Of a stretch of DNA of 64,000 nucleotides, positions 63,081-64,000 are shown in pieces. A program made the translations under genes and the position numbers. Position 1 is the first letter of the stretch, and every line of letters starts with the position of its first letter. The notes beneath the pieces are model-generated. The model worked only from the letters and a program-made list of their open reading frames with translations, was not told where the DNA came from and searched no databases. Source of the DNA: Lama glama. Lineage: Eukaryota. The DNA lies in assembly GCA_028534125.1 (NCBI GenBank), contig CM052824.1, positions 2,728,001 to 2,792,000 of the forward strand. The letters are read 5' to 3'.

Positions 63081-63439
63081 ACACGTCTCCTGGCTTCGTG
63101 TAAGAATGCTAAAATGGGAGAAAATGCCAGAATCAGTCCAGCCAAGATGCTGCTGCCCGGAGGCTTAATGTCTCTCTCAAATACACTTGAGCAATCCACT
63201 CTCCTCTCTGTTGTAGGTGTCCCAGGTAGAGCGGGGAGGAGGGCCACAGAAGCTGGTTTATGAGCACAGGAAATGCTTATTTCACGACTCAGACTCCGTG
63301 TCTCTGTAAGCGTCTGCTCTGCTCCCTCGGTAAGCATCACCCTGCCTCATCTACTCCCACTTTCTCTCCCACACTCTGATCTCTCCCAGCTCTTCCCTTA
63401 GCTTAGAATTTTCCACTTCCCTACCCCCCTTTAATCGTG

Positions 63440-63722
63440 TGGGCCTTACAGGTCAGTCAAGATGCAACTTAGAGGACACGTCTTGCCAGAAGCCCTCCCT
63501 GACCATCCCAGACAGGTGCCAGATCCCTGCAGCTCCGGGTGTGTCCTCCTATCCTGGCTTATCGTTCTACACTGCAATTGTGGGTTCAATTGTCTCTGAC
63601 TGTGAGCTCATCAAGGGTGGGGACCCTGTCTTGTCCGCTGGTATCCCGAGATCCCAGTATCAATTCTGGGCACGTAGGTTTCTCATAAATACTTGCTGAA
63701 TGAACAAATAAGTGAATAAACA
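63440..63722 (+). mobile_element. L2 3' end
   Basis: gactgtgagctcatcaagggtggggacc...ctcataaatacttgctgaatgaacaaat. Confidence 0.7.
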
Positions 63723-64000
63723 CAAGTGTTCCCTTGCATGTCCATTCCACTCTGAAAGCATGACATAACACCAGCTACAGCGACCATGAACATCCGCGTT
63801 CAGAGGCCTGAGGTTGGCTGGAAGGACACAGACAGGAACAGCAGGTTAGAGATATCATTTCTTTGTCTATATCAGCGAGAAAAAACCCCACTGCTGTCCA
63901 ACCCAAGACCATAGGAGTAAATAATCTTTGATGAAGGCAAAAAAAAAAAAAAGTTTAAGCCTGAAAAATTTGTGGCTGGAAAAAAATGTTTCAAACAGCA

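Overview
Mammalian genomic DNA, very probably camelid (three copies of a vic-1-like tRNA-derived SINE). The only protein-coding gene I can support is CCN1/CYR61 on the minus strand: TSS ~18270, ATG 18040, five exons, stop 16023, AATAAA 15394-15399, predicted ~382 aa. N-gaps hide parts of exons 2 and 3. A second CpG island lies at ~21.5-22.5 kb. The remaining ~42 kb is non-coding and, by recalled synteny, is the huge first intron of the long divergent DDAH1 isoform; it is filled with MIR, L2, L1, MaLR/ERV LTRs and DNA-transposon relics. This is a known locus and I see no convincing wholly new gene system. Most worth checking: (1) a sharp local GC/CpG surge over CCN1 intron 4/exon 5 (GC3 92/100 vs 45/70 in exon 4) with AT->GC amino-acid changes, resembling GC-biased gene conversion; (2) a stop-free intron-4-retention frame that would replace the CT domain and escape NMD; (3) a Ser->Pro change in the T1 integrin-binding peptide; (4) two L1 fragments inserted at exactly the same target site (triple TSD); (5) an orphan CpG island at ~45.2 kb; (6) distal TEAD/AP-1/NF-kB/CArG motif clusters. 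Comparisons with human and mouse are from memory and need alignment. Repeat boundaries are approximate.
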